Positions 1 to 12,776 of a stretch of DNA of 64,000 bases are shown piece by piece. A model generated the notes under the pieces. That model ran no database searches. It had not been told where the DNA came from and worked only from the letters and a program-made list of their open reading frames with translations. The DNA is from the human T2T-CHM13v2.0 reference genome, Homo sapiens. Both the position numbers and the translations under genes were made by a program. Within the stretch, counting starts at the first letter, position 1; the number at the start of each line of letters is the position of its first letter. Location of the stretch: the NCBI RefSeq assembly GCF_009914755.1, contig NC_060930.1. The stretch is one strand, 5' to 3'.

Positions 1-239
1 AGAAGAGAGGGAAAGGAGGAGAGAAGTAGGAATAAGAGAACAGAAGATGAAGACAGGGAGGAAATAATTGAGTGGTGCACACAGTGCACAGCACAGGAGA
101 GTCTCCCGGGAACAGCTCAGGATTCTTGAACAGGTCTTACTGCTTCCAAAACTGTCTTCTCATGTGGGTCAAGATTTTAGAAACAGGAAATATGAAGCCT
201 TTTGAAAGGTTCACTATACATGTTATTTGGATTGAAAAA

Positions 240-800
240 CATGATTTTTATTGTCTAGTATTTTAAAACTTTCAACTGGCAAAATGTTTGAACATTTTTT
301 ACATTTTAAAATTTGTAATGTGCATTTTGGGACTTTATATTTCCTAAAAATACATGGAATTCATTTTTTAAAAGAAATGAGATCAGAGCAACTCTCTTTT
401 CCACGTTAACTGTATTTCATTTACTCTTTTCATTTATTGAATATTCTTCTAACAACATTTTAACTGGTGCAAAGTAGTTCAGTGTACTAGAATTCTGTGA
501 ACCATTGTTTATTTATTCCATTCCCATGAGGGGGTTTTTTAAGGACACATTTGATGTTTTCAGTTTGCTTTCTGCATTGTAAACTGAAGAGTACTAGAAA
601 ATCTTTATATATACATTTGTGTGCATATTATTTATTGTTTCCTTAGCATCCATTACATAAAGATAATTCAAATTAATGAGTTTGTGAATTTTCTGTTTTT
701 TTATTACTCATTATCAAATTGTTCCTCAAAAAGTTATTGATTGACATCCTTCTAGCATTACATGAATAGCACCTAGTTTAGAATGTTTCTACATTTCTCA
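240..800 (-). mobile_element. Highly degraded ancient L1 (L1ME-like) 3' fragment
   Basis: AT-rich stretch with antisense L1M 3'-region phrases (e.g. ttttcagtttgctttctgcattgtaaac, aaattgttcctcaaaaag); boundaries approximate. Confidence 0.35.
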
Positions 801-3179
801 ATGATTAGTGAAAATGTGGAATTATTCTACTTATCTGAATGATATGCAATTGAAAAAAATGTTTTGAAGATTAAAGGGGGCTATAATAATCTTAATAAGA
901 ACAAAGAATAAGAAATTATCTCTACCAGTGGTTTTAAAAAATCCTTAAATAATGTTCTAAAGACAGTATAAATGTTTGGATGGGAAGAACTGGTTATTAA
1001 TACTAAAGTCAGGCCTATAGACTTAAAAATCCACTGCTATTTGACTAAAGACCTTACTTTTTCTTTTCTTCCCATCTCTGGCTGCACGTTATAAACAAAT
1101 TACTTATGGAGTTATATAAATGATCATCTTCTGCCAAAATTATCCAAATCAGCTCTTTAATATACTTTGCTGTATATTCTGTGCATACCAGCTTTAGTTT
1201 ACATAAGGTACATTTTAAGCTTTTTCCAGTGTAGAAGAGTTTGTCTATTTGCATTCAAATGTGACTCATAAATTATTTTGATAACTTACTATAATAAATA
1301 CTGAAACTATAATAAGTTCTTAAGTATTAGAACAATTAAAACATAGTCATATCAATTATATTTTAAGGTTATAAAACGGTAACTCCAACTATAATCATTT
1401 CAATTGATTTCAGAGAGTGCCCTTCACCGAAACCATACACAGAAAAGGAGAATCTGAACTTATATAACTGATAAAATAAAATTATCATTTATGAAGGAAT
1501 TTAAAAATTGTTACTGATTCCTTAAAATCCATTCTAAAAACTGATTGACAGTTATAAATAAATATAGTGTTTTTCAATAGCTTCAACTTTTGGCCATCTC
1601 AAAAAGCTTTATTAAATAATTTTAATAGATAATTTGTTTCACCGTAAATCAGCTTTTTTTTTTCTCTCTCTCTTTCGGACTTTCCTTAGTCTTTTCCTTT
1701 TATCTATTTCTCAACATTACCGCCCTCTGCACCCCTGCTCCCTGAGCAACTTAATACTCAAAACTAAAATTATTATTTTGCCTCTAATAAATCATGTCTC
1801 AAAATGAAATTTACCCTGGAAAATAAATCTGGATTTAGAAAGCACACATTCTATGGAGAGGAAGAAAATAAAGATCTAAATTGAAAATGAGGATGGTTTT
1901 ATAATCAGTTAGCTGAAAATAGGAGAACTGCCCAAGTGAAAATTATGTATCTTTTCTACTGAGAGAATATTCGAAGCTGATAATATATTTTAGGTAGAAT
2001 GATTTAAGGTAATTGCAGCAGTCAAATTTAATGTAAAGGAGAGATGCCAAAAGTAAGAAGAAATCTGAGGGTTGTTCCTAATTAGAGAGCAAGATGGATT
2101 TGAGTTCTTTTTTGTGGTGGATGGGATTCCTCCCTTTCCACATTATTTAGACATGTGCATTAGTCTTTATAATTTTTTAAATCATTTAAATATTATTTAA
2201 CTATTATCACTTACTTGTAATCATTTTGTGTTTTAATAAATGGCTAGAATTTTGCAGTTTATGAGAACTAAATTTTGATTATATAAAAAATACATCTTCA
2301 TTTGTAAGGCATTTCATGTGAGAAAAAAATTAAGTTTCTCCTGATCTATATCTAGGCGTATATTTTTTCTCTTTGTACATAGATAAAATTCTCTAAGGCA
2401 CTCATGAATATTTTGGTGGCTCCCATGGGGGTCTGACATTTCAATATTTCCTGCCACGCTTGAGAAGGAAGCATTTCAAGAAATTAAAGGCACTGATAAG
2501 CAAACCCTTCATTAATAATACAGACAATTAAGTTTTCAGCTCCTGTACTTAAAATTTCCCTATTTTATCTAAAATTAATTTGCAGGTACCATGAACCTTT
2601 TTGAAGTCTAAAAAAAAGAGAGATGAAGTTAAGGGCAAGATTTTTTTAAAAAATGGCTTCATCTACAGTACATCTCTACTCTACAGATCATTTTCTTCTT
2701 TATTAAATAATTAATGCCAGCTACACCAGCATGTTTAAATCCTCAACAGATAAGAAATAATTAAGTTAACACCACTCAAAATGATATGTAACATCTCAAT
2801 CAGTGAGAATTTTTAAGTGGTAACAACGAGAATAAAATTATTGGAAGCTGCACTGTAGGATTTTTTTTTCAGTGTCAAAGGCGCACTCACACAGATGCAA
2901 GAAACACCACAATTTAGTGAAGTTGTTGTATCTTCTGCTAAAATGATAATGTTGCTGCCAGCAATCTAATGAATAGTCAGTGGCACACAGATGCTACTCT
3001 CCTGGCTTTTGCAGTTAGTTCTAAATTTGAAAATTAAAATATGTCTTTGGATGTTCAGCCCCTTCATTGCCCCCCTTTACCATTCCTACCTATACTAAAT
3101 TGCTTGAAACAAAGAGCTTTAATAATCCCAACCCTCCCTTTCAAGCTTAAGGAGCTGTCAATAGCCGTGAACAGTAGAA

Positions 3180-3235
3180 ATGTGTGTGTGTCTGTGAGCA
3201 CATGCACACACACACACATGCATGCATGAGTGTGT
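3180..3235. repeat. Compound (TG)n/(CA)n alternating purine-pyrimidine tract
   Basis: tgtgtgtgtgtctgtgagcacatgcacacacacacacatgcatgcatgagtgtgt read directly. Confidence 0.8.
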
Positions 3236-4479
3236 CTTTGTGGGTGGGTCTCTTTCTTTTCTCACTCAATTTGCTGAAGCAGCTATATTCCACTCTAGAC
3301 CTCTGGAAAACTATCCATTTGCATTTGCCTGTGAACGGCTACATGCCATAGGTAGTGATCAGTTAAAGTAAAGAAAATACACCGTAAAAAGTGGCTTCCA
3401 GCAAACACACTCCTTGCATTTCTTTTGACAGCTACCTGACATTTAGTTGACCTAGACAAATTTGCATATTTTAATTTGATCCCTCCCCACTTCATTTCAT
3501 TTGCCTTATCTGAGAAATGAGAAAAATAACATGAAACACAAAAGTCCACTAAAAACAACAGCAGAGAGCAATGATTTCCTCTTTTAGCTGCAATTGTCTT
3601 CATCGCCCAATACTTCTCATCAACATCATCATGTTGACATTTCATGAATGCTTATTGCACATCAGGTGGACCATTGAATTGTTTCCAAATAATTATGGTT
3701 CTTTGGCTTTCCAGCAAAGGAAGTCTAGAAATTCCACCTTTCCAGACCAGTGGTTGAATGTCTAGGATGACAAGTAATCTGGTTATTCCCTTCTGTTCCT
3801 AGGAAAAGGCCTAAAAGTGCACATTAACCCAAAGTCACCACACTGCAGTATAATCATTGTCTGGAGCTGTTCAACTATTCCCAAGCCAAACTCCCAGTCT
3901 AAACTGAGTGACCCAAGAAATACTGTGGGCAATTGCAAAGAGTAGGCTAATAGGTGAGTGGCAGCAAATCTCTACTGTCTCAGTTTGAGGGCACCAATGA
4001 GGTGAAGGGACTGAGGCCTTCATGACTTGCTGACAGCAGGGCTCTGCTGACAGGCTTGTGATGTGGATCCACCCAAATGTGATTGGGTCAATCAGAGCAG
4101 CAGGGAGAGAGAGTCACAGAAAAGGTAGGCACATTTCTGCTGTGTTCCCTCACTGCTTCTTCCAGGACTCTAACCCCTCAACTTATGACTTAACACTATC
4201 AAAGCAAGTCAGGCTGAGGATAGACTCCACAAGAGCACTGTTTTCCAATTGTTCCATTTATTTTGGTCCCCATGACAAAATCCTTAAGAACACTTAATTT
4301 AGGCTGTATGGTAGTATTGTTCATGGTTAATGGCTTATTTTCCCAAAATAACCACAAGGCACTCTACACCACAAACAGCTTATGTTCCAAATGGATGCTA
4401 TTTGTAGAGTAGTGTTTATTTACTCATCCCTGCTGGATGCTGACTATAGCCTCATGAGTACCCCATACTAACCTATCAT

Positions 4480-4616
4480 TGCACTTACTACATAATATTG
4501 AATGTGTCTTCTCCTTTATAGCAGAAATTCTGTCTCAGTCATCTTCTATCCCCGTTCCTAGCACAAAGTCTGGCACAGACATGTACTCATCAAATATGTT
4601 TTTAAATTAACTGAAC
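4480..4616 (+). mobile_element. L2 LINE 3'-end fragment
   Basis: cctagcacaaagtctggcacagacatgtactcatcaaatatgttt resembles the L2 3' terminus. Confidence 0.55.
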
Positions 4617-4878
4617 TGAGGCAATGTATCTTATTCATTTATTCATGCATGTAACAGTTTTTTTTCTGTAAGTAGTAGTTTGATCCATTAATTGTGGCAC
4701 CTATAGTTAAAGATAGCCCAACTCTTTTCCTGAATACCTCTGAGGAACTAAACAGCATGAAATCATTACCTAACAAGTGTTCAAAAACTATCTTGATATG
4801 TAGTTTTTAAATTTTTATTTGTATAAACACTGACAGTCCTATGTATATAATAGGTTTTTAGAATTAGAGGAAGTAAAA

Positions 4879-5280
4879 TGTATTAGTCAGGGTTTTCCAG
4901 AGAAACAGAACCAATAGGATTTGCATATGTGCTTGAGTGTGAGTGTGTCTACTCACTCAGCTATGGAGGCTTGGCAAGTCCAAAAATCAGCAGGGTCCAA
5001 TATGGACCCAGGGAAGTTGATGTTGTAGTTCAAACCTGAAGATAGTCTGGAGGCAGGATTTTATCTTCTTTAGGGAACTTCAGTCTGTTTTCTCTTAAGG
5101 TCTCAACTGATGAGACAAGTTCCACCCACATTGTGGAGGACAATCTGCTTTACTCAAAGTCTATTGACTTTCATGTTGATATCACCTAAAAATCACCCTC
5201 CCAGCAACGTGCAAACTGGTGTTTGACCAATATCTAGGTTCCTGGTCTCACCAAGCTCGCACACAATATTAAGCATCACA
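4879..5280 (-). mobile_element. MLT2-family (ERVL) solo LTR
   Basis: Begins tgtattagtcagggttttccagagaaacagaaccaatagga and ends ...aagcatcaca, with internal ggacaatctgctttactcaaagtctattgact; these match the reverse-strand MLT2 consensus as recalled. Confidence 0.85.
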
Positions 5281-5816
5281 CAAATTATTACAATTGAAAT
5301 TTCTGAAATTTCTTTTCCAGTGATCTCAGTTTAGTGAAGAAAATGCTGGAAATAACTGATAAAATACTCACAAAATAAAGATTAGGCTTGCCAGCTTAGA
5401 CTAACTGAAACTTTGTCAACATGTAGTAAGTTTTTCTGACCATGAATTTAAATTTGTCAATTTAGGAATGATTGCAGTTTGCATGCTTTAGCAAAGTATT
5501 ATTCAAAAAGTCTTCAATCCAGTATTCTAATGGCTGTCATATTTGTTGCATGTCCCCTAAACTCCCCGGAGCTAAAGATCCACAGGAAAGCTTTGTAAAA
5601 ATCTTGGCCCATCCATTGAAATTCAAAACAAACATTAAGATTCTTCTCAAATGCCATTTCTCAGAAGTCTTCCAGGATAACTAATTTCCTGTCTTCATCT
5701 ATGCTTCCATAGTTTATGACATATACATTTATTTAAATAATCTCATTTTATTTAAATTATTACTATGTAAGTCTATATAAGATTGCGAGCTATACAATTT
5801 GACTAGGCAAGGTACT

Positions 5817-5980
5817 AGTTCCTTGAGTTTCTAAGTGTGGTCCCCAAATCAGCAGCATCAACATCAGCTGGGAACTTGTCAGGTATGTAGAATCACAGGC
5901 TCATCTCTGACCTTCTGAAAAATTCTGAGTATTTTAACAAAATACTACAGGTGATTTTATATTAAAATTTGATAAGCACT
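5817..5980. mobile_element. MER5A-like hAT-Charlie DNA transposon remnant
   Basis: aagtgtggtccccaaatcagcagcatcaacatcagctgggaacttgtcag ... aaaatttgataagcactg. Confidence 0.7.
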
Positions 5981-6544
5981 GTTCTAGATGTTGGTATTAA
6001 CAGACATGACTAAGGCAAGATTTTCCGATTAAAGAAACTCATGTTCTTGTAAGGAAATCATTATCAATTTCTAGAACAGGCTGTGTTTCCTTTCAGATCA
6101 TTTGTCAAATCTATTCCACATGCCAAGGATAGGGCTTTTCACCAAATTCCTGAGCTCCTCATGTTTCCCAGGTCACAGGTTAGATGTCAATGCTACATGC
6201 AATTCAAAATGAAATATATACTAAGCCATAAAACAAGAGAAATAAATTTAACTAAATTTTTTGTACATCTACACCACTAACACTGCCTAATCAAGTATTA
6301 TAAAATTGAGTCAAAGTGTTTGTGTGTTATTGTTTTGTTTTATTTTCCCATGTCTGTGTCCATTGCCTAATCACAGGGTGAGGTCTGTCTATTGGAAAGC
6401 CATCACTTCCTCAAACATAAGATTGGTTTGTGTCCTTTTTTCCTACTGCCATGAAATTCTAATGAGGACATTACATGTCATTTTTCTGTTTGCTTTTTTA
6501 GTTTACCTAGTCTCAGTATGAGAGTAAGTATCATTGTCTACCTC

Positions 6545-6635
6545 ACAATATTACCTTTAGTGTCTTATTCAGAACCTGGGGCCTGGCAAATCCTCAATAA
6601 ATATTTGTTGATTTTTTTGAAGGAATGATGAATGC
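6545..6635 (+). mobile_element. L2 3'-end fragment
   Basis: ggcctggcaaatcctcaataaatatttgttga...gaatgatgaatg, typical L2 terminus. Confidence 0.5.
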
Positions 6636-8974
6636 AATTAGATAAGTCACAGTCACACATGTTGGGAAGAAAAGGGCAGATAGAAAGAGAAATTTGAAAA
6701 AAAATACTAATTATCAAAGTAGGAGTCCTTTGAGGCTAAGTTGCTTTTTTCCTCTCAATTCTAAAAATTGTAAGTGAGAGTTTATTTAATATTTATTATT
6801 GTAGGGACCATAAATTTTACCTTTAATATTTGAAATTAAATTCACTCTCCTCACCACCACCCCTGAGATTGTAATTATCAGAAAGTAGGCACTGAACAGA
6901 AGTGAAGATGATTAGAAAAATAATTTGTTCCTAATGAAATCAGTGGAATGCCACCCTGACCCTATTCAGTTATTTCAGGTACTCAAGTGGCCAACTAAAA
7001 TTAAAATTTTAAATCCTTAATCTCATGACTAAATCCCTTCCCCCATCCCTATTGAAGGAAATTCTTGACCAAGGTTAAAGAAATGCCTCCTTAAATTTGA
7101 TCAAATATTTCCATTTTAACTTTAAGAAACATTTGCAGAGTTTGATATTTCTCTCAGGTGTTTGCAGTTGTTCTAGTTTTAATATCATTTTTCTTAATGT
7201 GCTAGCTATTATTTTTACATAAATAGTTTAGCAGCAGGCTATAGATTAAATCCTGAAGTACACTGTATTCTTAGTATTTCTGAAAATAAATAAAAGCACA
7301 CAGAAGAAACATTTATGAAAAATGACACATTTTCTATATATTCAGCTGAAAAAACAGAAGTTTATTAAAGAAAACAAGAGATGATTTTTAACGGTGGAAG
7401 ATAATGCCCCAAATAAACATGAATAGGATCAGTTCTTTGAAAAATCTCTGGATCTTGTTATGGTCAGTTTCAATGGTTCTGATGACAACTTTAATGATGG
7501 ATTTAGAAAGGCTTGGGCTACGTTTGTACAAAACTAAGAGTAAGCAGCTGGGAACAGCTGAGGGGACATTCGTATGACAACTGGCATTGGGGAACGAGTG
7601 AGTAATGGCCACAAATCTGTAGGCTTGTAGGGCATGACCAATTTCAGTAAACCACTTGAGTCAGCTCTGTTCAGCATCTATCTCTAGGCACTACAGAGAT
7701 GCCTATCATTACTGCTCCTTAGTGCTCTGGTAAAGATATTAGAAAGATTGGCAAATTACCTTGACCTAATTAACTGAAGTTCAAACTGGGGCAGTATTTT
7801 ATGTACACTAAATCATTATGAACTTGGGTGTGGCTATCTTCAGCATATAGTGATGTCTTGTAATTTTGCACACATGTAGCACTCATATTGGCAAAGTATT
7901 GAAAAATATTTAAATTAATCTTTCCTACTATGGTTTAATAATTTGTAATATTCCTGTAGTAAAGATGAAGGAACTGAGGATGAATAAATTAAATTCTCAG
8001 TCTAATTATACTCAAATATAAGAAGGACATATGTGGTAGAATCTAACATAACAATAAAGGATCATGAAGTTTTCATGGCCAGCACTACCTGATATCATTT
8101 CTCATGCATAACTGTGACTCACTTGTTGATAATTCTCACAGTGACAGAAGAAGCATCATCCTCCTGGTAGTATTACTGGGTAGTATTACCAGATGATTCT
8201 GATACTTTCACTCATATCTAGAATCTTTCTGACCTGAAAGAATGACATTCATAAATTTCAGGAGGGCCTGAAATTAAATCTGGTAATTATTTATTCTAAA
8301 ACATTTGCTACATTTTGTTTTCACATTTTGCTACATTTTGTTTGTTTTGCCACATTTCATTTTCAATAATTTGTGGGAATTATTTATTCCAAAATACTGC
8401 TATATTTTGTTTTGCTACATTTCGTTTTGTTTGTAGCTATATTTTGCTACTTTTTAAATTGAAAATGTCATTTTCAATAAAGTGACATTTTTCAGAATTG
8501 AATGCCATTGATTTGTGTTTGCAGTTGAATAAAGAAATACTCAATTATCCTTAGCACCTATTATATAAGAATCACAAAGTACAAATTTTCACCCATTAGA
8601 CCATGCCAGTAATTCTCAATATTTTATCATATTGTATTCTTATAAGACTTTCCATGGCTCTCCATTTGGAGTGAAACTCACTCAATTTCTTAAGTCCCAG
8701 ATGTTTTCTAGCTGCCAACAGAGGATATGAAAAGTACCCTATATTGATTTAAATACTTTTAAGGTTCTGGAAGAATATAATTGTGCTTGTCTGAAACAAA
8801 TATCTTTCTTTATATGCCAATCATGAACCTCGCCATCTTCAGAAACTAGATCTAAACTCACCTTTCTTAGAATGTCATTCCTGATGACTAATAGTTCCAA
8901 ATTGTTCTGTTCACTCCTTGTTCAGTGACCTTTACCATAGACACGTCACAGACATTTGTGTTTCTGTAGCTCTT

Positions 8975-9240
8975 TTCATTCTAGGCACTGATTTGAGTCC
9001 CTTGTGTAATTCTTACAAAATAATGAATATAGCAGTACAATTATGAATATAGTACTACAATTATGAATAATTAATGAATATAGTACTACAATTTTCACCC
9101 GTTAGCAGATGAGAAAGCTGTACCCAAGAGATATTAAGTAGTGTGACAATAAACAGACATATTAGTGAGAGATAGAATCAGGATTTGAACCCAGACTAGA
9201 AAATTTCAGTGGTCATGCTCTTAACCAGCATGCAGTATTG
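8975..9240 (-). mobile_element. MIR SINE containing an internal 20-bp tandem expansion
   Basis: cagatgagaaagctgtacccaagagatattaagta and ggatttgaacccag are MIR core motifs. Confidence 0.7.
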
Positions 9241-9336
9241 TCTCTCAGGAAGAGAGTGATTTATAATTCATTTTATTCCCCACTGAGACAGAGATATTCT
9301 TTTTTACTAAAATTAATAAATCTACATGTTTCATAT

Positions 9337-9677
9337 TGACAGATGCAGGAGGAAGATAAGGGATCCTACCCAGGGCCTTGCCTGGGCATGGCTGGACTGG
9401 GGGCCCACCTGTGCACTGGGAGAATGGGGTGGAGCCACCGGGAATTCACACCTTATGCAGGGGGAAGGAGCCTGGCCTCTTCAGCTCCTGTGTGGCGGCC
9501 TGGTATTCAGTCTGTGAGGTGGGAGCCTGTGGGCAGGACCCCTTTTTTCACTGAGAGCTTTCATTTAATAAATTCCATTATCCTCACCTTTCAATGTGTC
9601 TATGTGCCTAATTTTTCCTGGTACTGTGACAAGAACCTTGACTTTAGCTGAACTAAGGAGCAAAAAGTCCTGCCTCA
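9337..9677 (+). mobile_element. MER61-family (ERV1) solo LTR with 4-bp TSD ATAT
   Basis: TG...CA termini (tgacagatgcagg ... tagctgaactaaggagcaaaaagtcctgcctca); ATAT at 9333-9336 and 9678-9681; AATAAA near 9567. Confidence 0.8.
9374..9393. promoter_or_regulatory. p53 response element-like site (two adjacent half-sites, one mismatch each)
   Basis: GGCCTTGCCT GGGCATGGCT versus RRRCWWGYYY x2 with zero spacer, inside a MER61 LTR. Confidence 0.5.
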
Positions 9678-10467
9678 ATATATGTCATTCGGGTATTTAG
9701 TCCTGTAGAACAACATTAATATGCATTTTTCATAAGATTTTATAATTTGATTCTGATAACTTGTGAAACTTGGTAATTCTCAAGGTCACGCTATACTTCA
9801 ATTCTGTCCTTCAAGGTGCTAAATAACCCTTCCCAATCTGATGTTATTAACTAAGTAAATGAGCATGTTTTGAGATGATTGATGGAATTATTAAATAGCA
9901 CTCATCCTAGGACTAACCCCATTAGTCATGTTTCCCAACTTTGATATTGAACTATTTGGACTACCACTGTGAAACAAATTATACACCTATGTGGTAGTAA
10001 TATGGTAAGTATCTCAGCTTCTCCAATCCTGTCTGGAAGTAAGGGGGGCATTAAAAAACATAGTTCAAAATTCAAAAATGTTCTTAATCACTTTTATTAA
10101 TTGATGAGATGGTCAGATTAAGCAAAAACCTTCCTAAGTTAAGAGAATAATTAACTACTTAATTAAAATATTTACTAATTTTTAAACTCTTCATAATTTT
10201 TAATTTTAATATGGAAGAAAAATTCATCTGATAGCATTTGTTTCCTCATGAAATAATTCTTATTATTTTACAATGTCTATTGGTGATATTGAGATTTATG
10301 TACTCAAAAACAAAACAAGAGCTCTTCAAATGTCAATTTTTTCAGTTAAAAATGTATATGTAGAATTTGACATTTTTTTCTGAAATTTCTTTTGCATTAA
10401 CTTCAAAATATAATTGCAATACATTTTAAGTCTGTAAAATAAAGTTTTTAAAAATTCACACACTTAC

Positions 10468-10677
10468 CTGCCAAGAGTACACACGTTTTTCTTATATATG
10501 AAGATAGTCACAGAACTCCGTTTTATGAAGAAGCATCAAATCCCCTTGACTGTGTTGCTTTTATGTTTTTATTTGTTTTATGTTTAGCTTGCTTCCATCT
10601 ATTTTTTTGATAAGAATTTGTTGCTACATTCTTCTCCAAAACTGATTGGATCCCATTGCACTTGATGATTGTGCAAC
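10468..10677 (-). other. Candidate non-coding exon (210 nt)
   Basis: Minus-strand acceptor ccttttaattatttatttaattag| and perfect donor CAG|GTAAGT; stop codons in all three frames. Confidence 0.35.
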
Positions 10678-12678
10678 CTAATTAAATAAATAATTAAAAG
10701 GCTATTTTACCCTTTACATTTCCTTACAACTTTTCGCTGTGATACTCTGGTGAGGGTTTGTCTGAAATGATAGCTCTCCAAATCAACATGTAATATCCTG
10801 TTCCCGATCTTTAATAAATTGTATCTAAATTTCACCTTGCTACCTACCACTGCAATTAATTTAACTTTCAGTTCAATCTGGGGCTACTGCTTTTGTTTTC
10901 TAGATGGTATAGAACAAAGGTTGAATTGGGAGCTCTACACTACACCCAATTTAGAATTTAATTAACCACTAAAGTTAAAAGCTAGGGCAGTCCCCAATAA
11001 GCTGACAGTAAAAGTCATGGCTGCCCTAAACCTGATAAGAAAGAAACTGTGAGTTTTAAATTGAGATCACTACCAGCATAGCGTGGGTTTCGGCAGTGAC
11101 AAACTGTAGTTACAGATTCCAACAGCCCCTGATGAAAAGCAGTTCTCATTCCCTAATGCTTTATGGGAGAGCTGCAGCTTCTTGGAATATTTTTCAAGCA
11201 GAAAACCATCATCATGACAACACTAGAGTAAAAGAGGGCAAAAATAAAATTTCTTTCTGGTAGGGAAATAAAGACATCTTAAGCTTGACTTCAAAAGCTC
11301 TCTACAGCAAACAGTGGCTGTGGAAATACCGTTTCATCTTTGCCTCTGGGATATTATTAAGCTTTTCTAGTAGCTCTAACTGCAGGAGAAGGGATTACAG
11401 AAGTTGCTGCTGTGTAGCTGCCTGCCATACAAATATCTGGAAAAGCTGGGATCATGGATTTGTATTAGGACCAGTGATTAGCCAACCCCAAGAAGCTGAC
11501 CTGGTAATGAATACAGCAACACATTCCTTTTCACACCATACAAATAAAAACATGCAAGACACTTCCATTCCTTGCTGAAGTGTCAAAGACTTCTCTTTGG
11601 TCATAGTTTGCAAAACACAAGTAGGGCTACTTCTAGCTGTACCTACTGCAGCATGCCTAGTCCAGTAATGCGATTCCCACGGCATCAGTTACGGTTGTGT
11701 CAGCATTTCCTTGATGAATCCCTACCTTCAAAAGGTTATAGCTCCATTGTTTAAAAATCCACCAGCAGCTGCAATGACCCATGCAGTCCTGCTGTGGAAA
11801 CTATACCGTATCATTTTAGCACAGAGAGTAGGAACTCAATAGAAATTAGTAACCAAAGGTATTTTTTATTATAATTTATTTTATTTGACTGCTCAATATG
11901 ATTTCTTTCAAAATCATTTTTCAGCTGAATGTAACTAATGTCCATTTGATATGGACGGATTGCTCATTATCTTGAAAAAGGAAAAATAAACCAATTCAAT
12001 TTTTAAAATAAAAGAGTATACATAGAGTACATTTAAATATATCAAAGATTTGTAACTGAGATTGAGTAAAATTTAGTTTCTCTGAGTAAATAATAATAGC
12101 CATAATGTGGCTAAGTCTCCTAACAAAATAAAATTAATGATGGCTACTAAATAATGACTTTATGCCTTTACAGTTGGTATTTTGTTCATATAGTTTAGAA
12201 TGCAAAAATGAATAATCTAAAATGTAAGGTGTATGCATGTATATTACATCAGTTGTGGAAAATGCAATACTTCTAGCAGGTAAATTTTTCTTCTTAGGAC
12301 AAAAATGAGTCATAATATACAATGATGGACCAAAAATGTACAATCAAGATTGAGCCACAAGGTATTTTTAAACATAGAATGAAATTATTTTTAACCAACA
12401 TTAACATTGCCTTGATTTGATTTGAGCAAAAGCTGCTACATTTGACAACCCTCCTATAGATACAACTGATTGTAATATATTGCTGTTTTTAAAAGATCCT
12501 AATAATTTGCCCTCCACAGAAGAGGTTTATAATCTTAATTTTTCTATGTAGTTGAAATATCAAGAAATCATTCTATGATCATTTTCATATTCTATGCCTT
12601 GTCTAGTTCATCAGTGTGGTACATTAGTGCAGCCTCACAATTATTATTTTCCTCAATTTTATTTTTCTCTCTCTCACC

Positions 12679-12776
12679 TTTTTAAATTCAACATATTTTA
12701 CAACATCTACAATCATTTTCTGATAATAGAGATTTATCATAAAGGAAGATCACACAGTAAATCTACCTCTCCCAAA
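12679..12776. repeat. Donor copy of the 98-bp segment duplicated in inverted orientation at 49581-49678
   Basis: Manual ungapped alignment, 87/98 identical. Confidence 0.9.

Noticed and set aside
3990-4090. CCAAT/ATTGG boxes suggesting a promoter
   Set aside because: No TATA, initiator or CpG context; short motifs are expected by chance or may come from an unrecognised old LTR.
8164-8192. Short hairpin ctggtagtatta/tagtattaccag
   Set aside because: 12-bp stem with G-U pairs; too short for a pre-miRNA and explained by an 11-bp slippage duplication.
11285-11754. Three overlapping ORFs in more GC-balanced unique sequence
   Set aside because: No recognisable homology, splice structure or processed-pseudogene hallmarks (polyA, TSD); it may be regulatory but I cannot support that.
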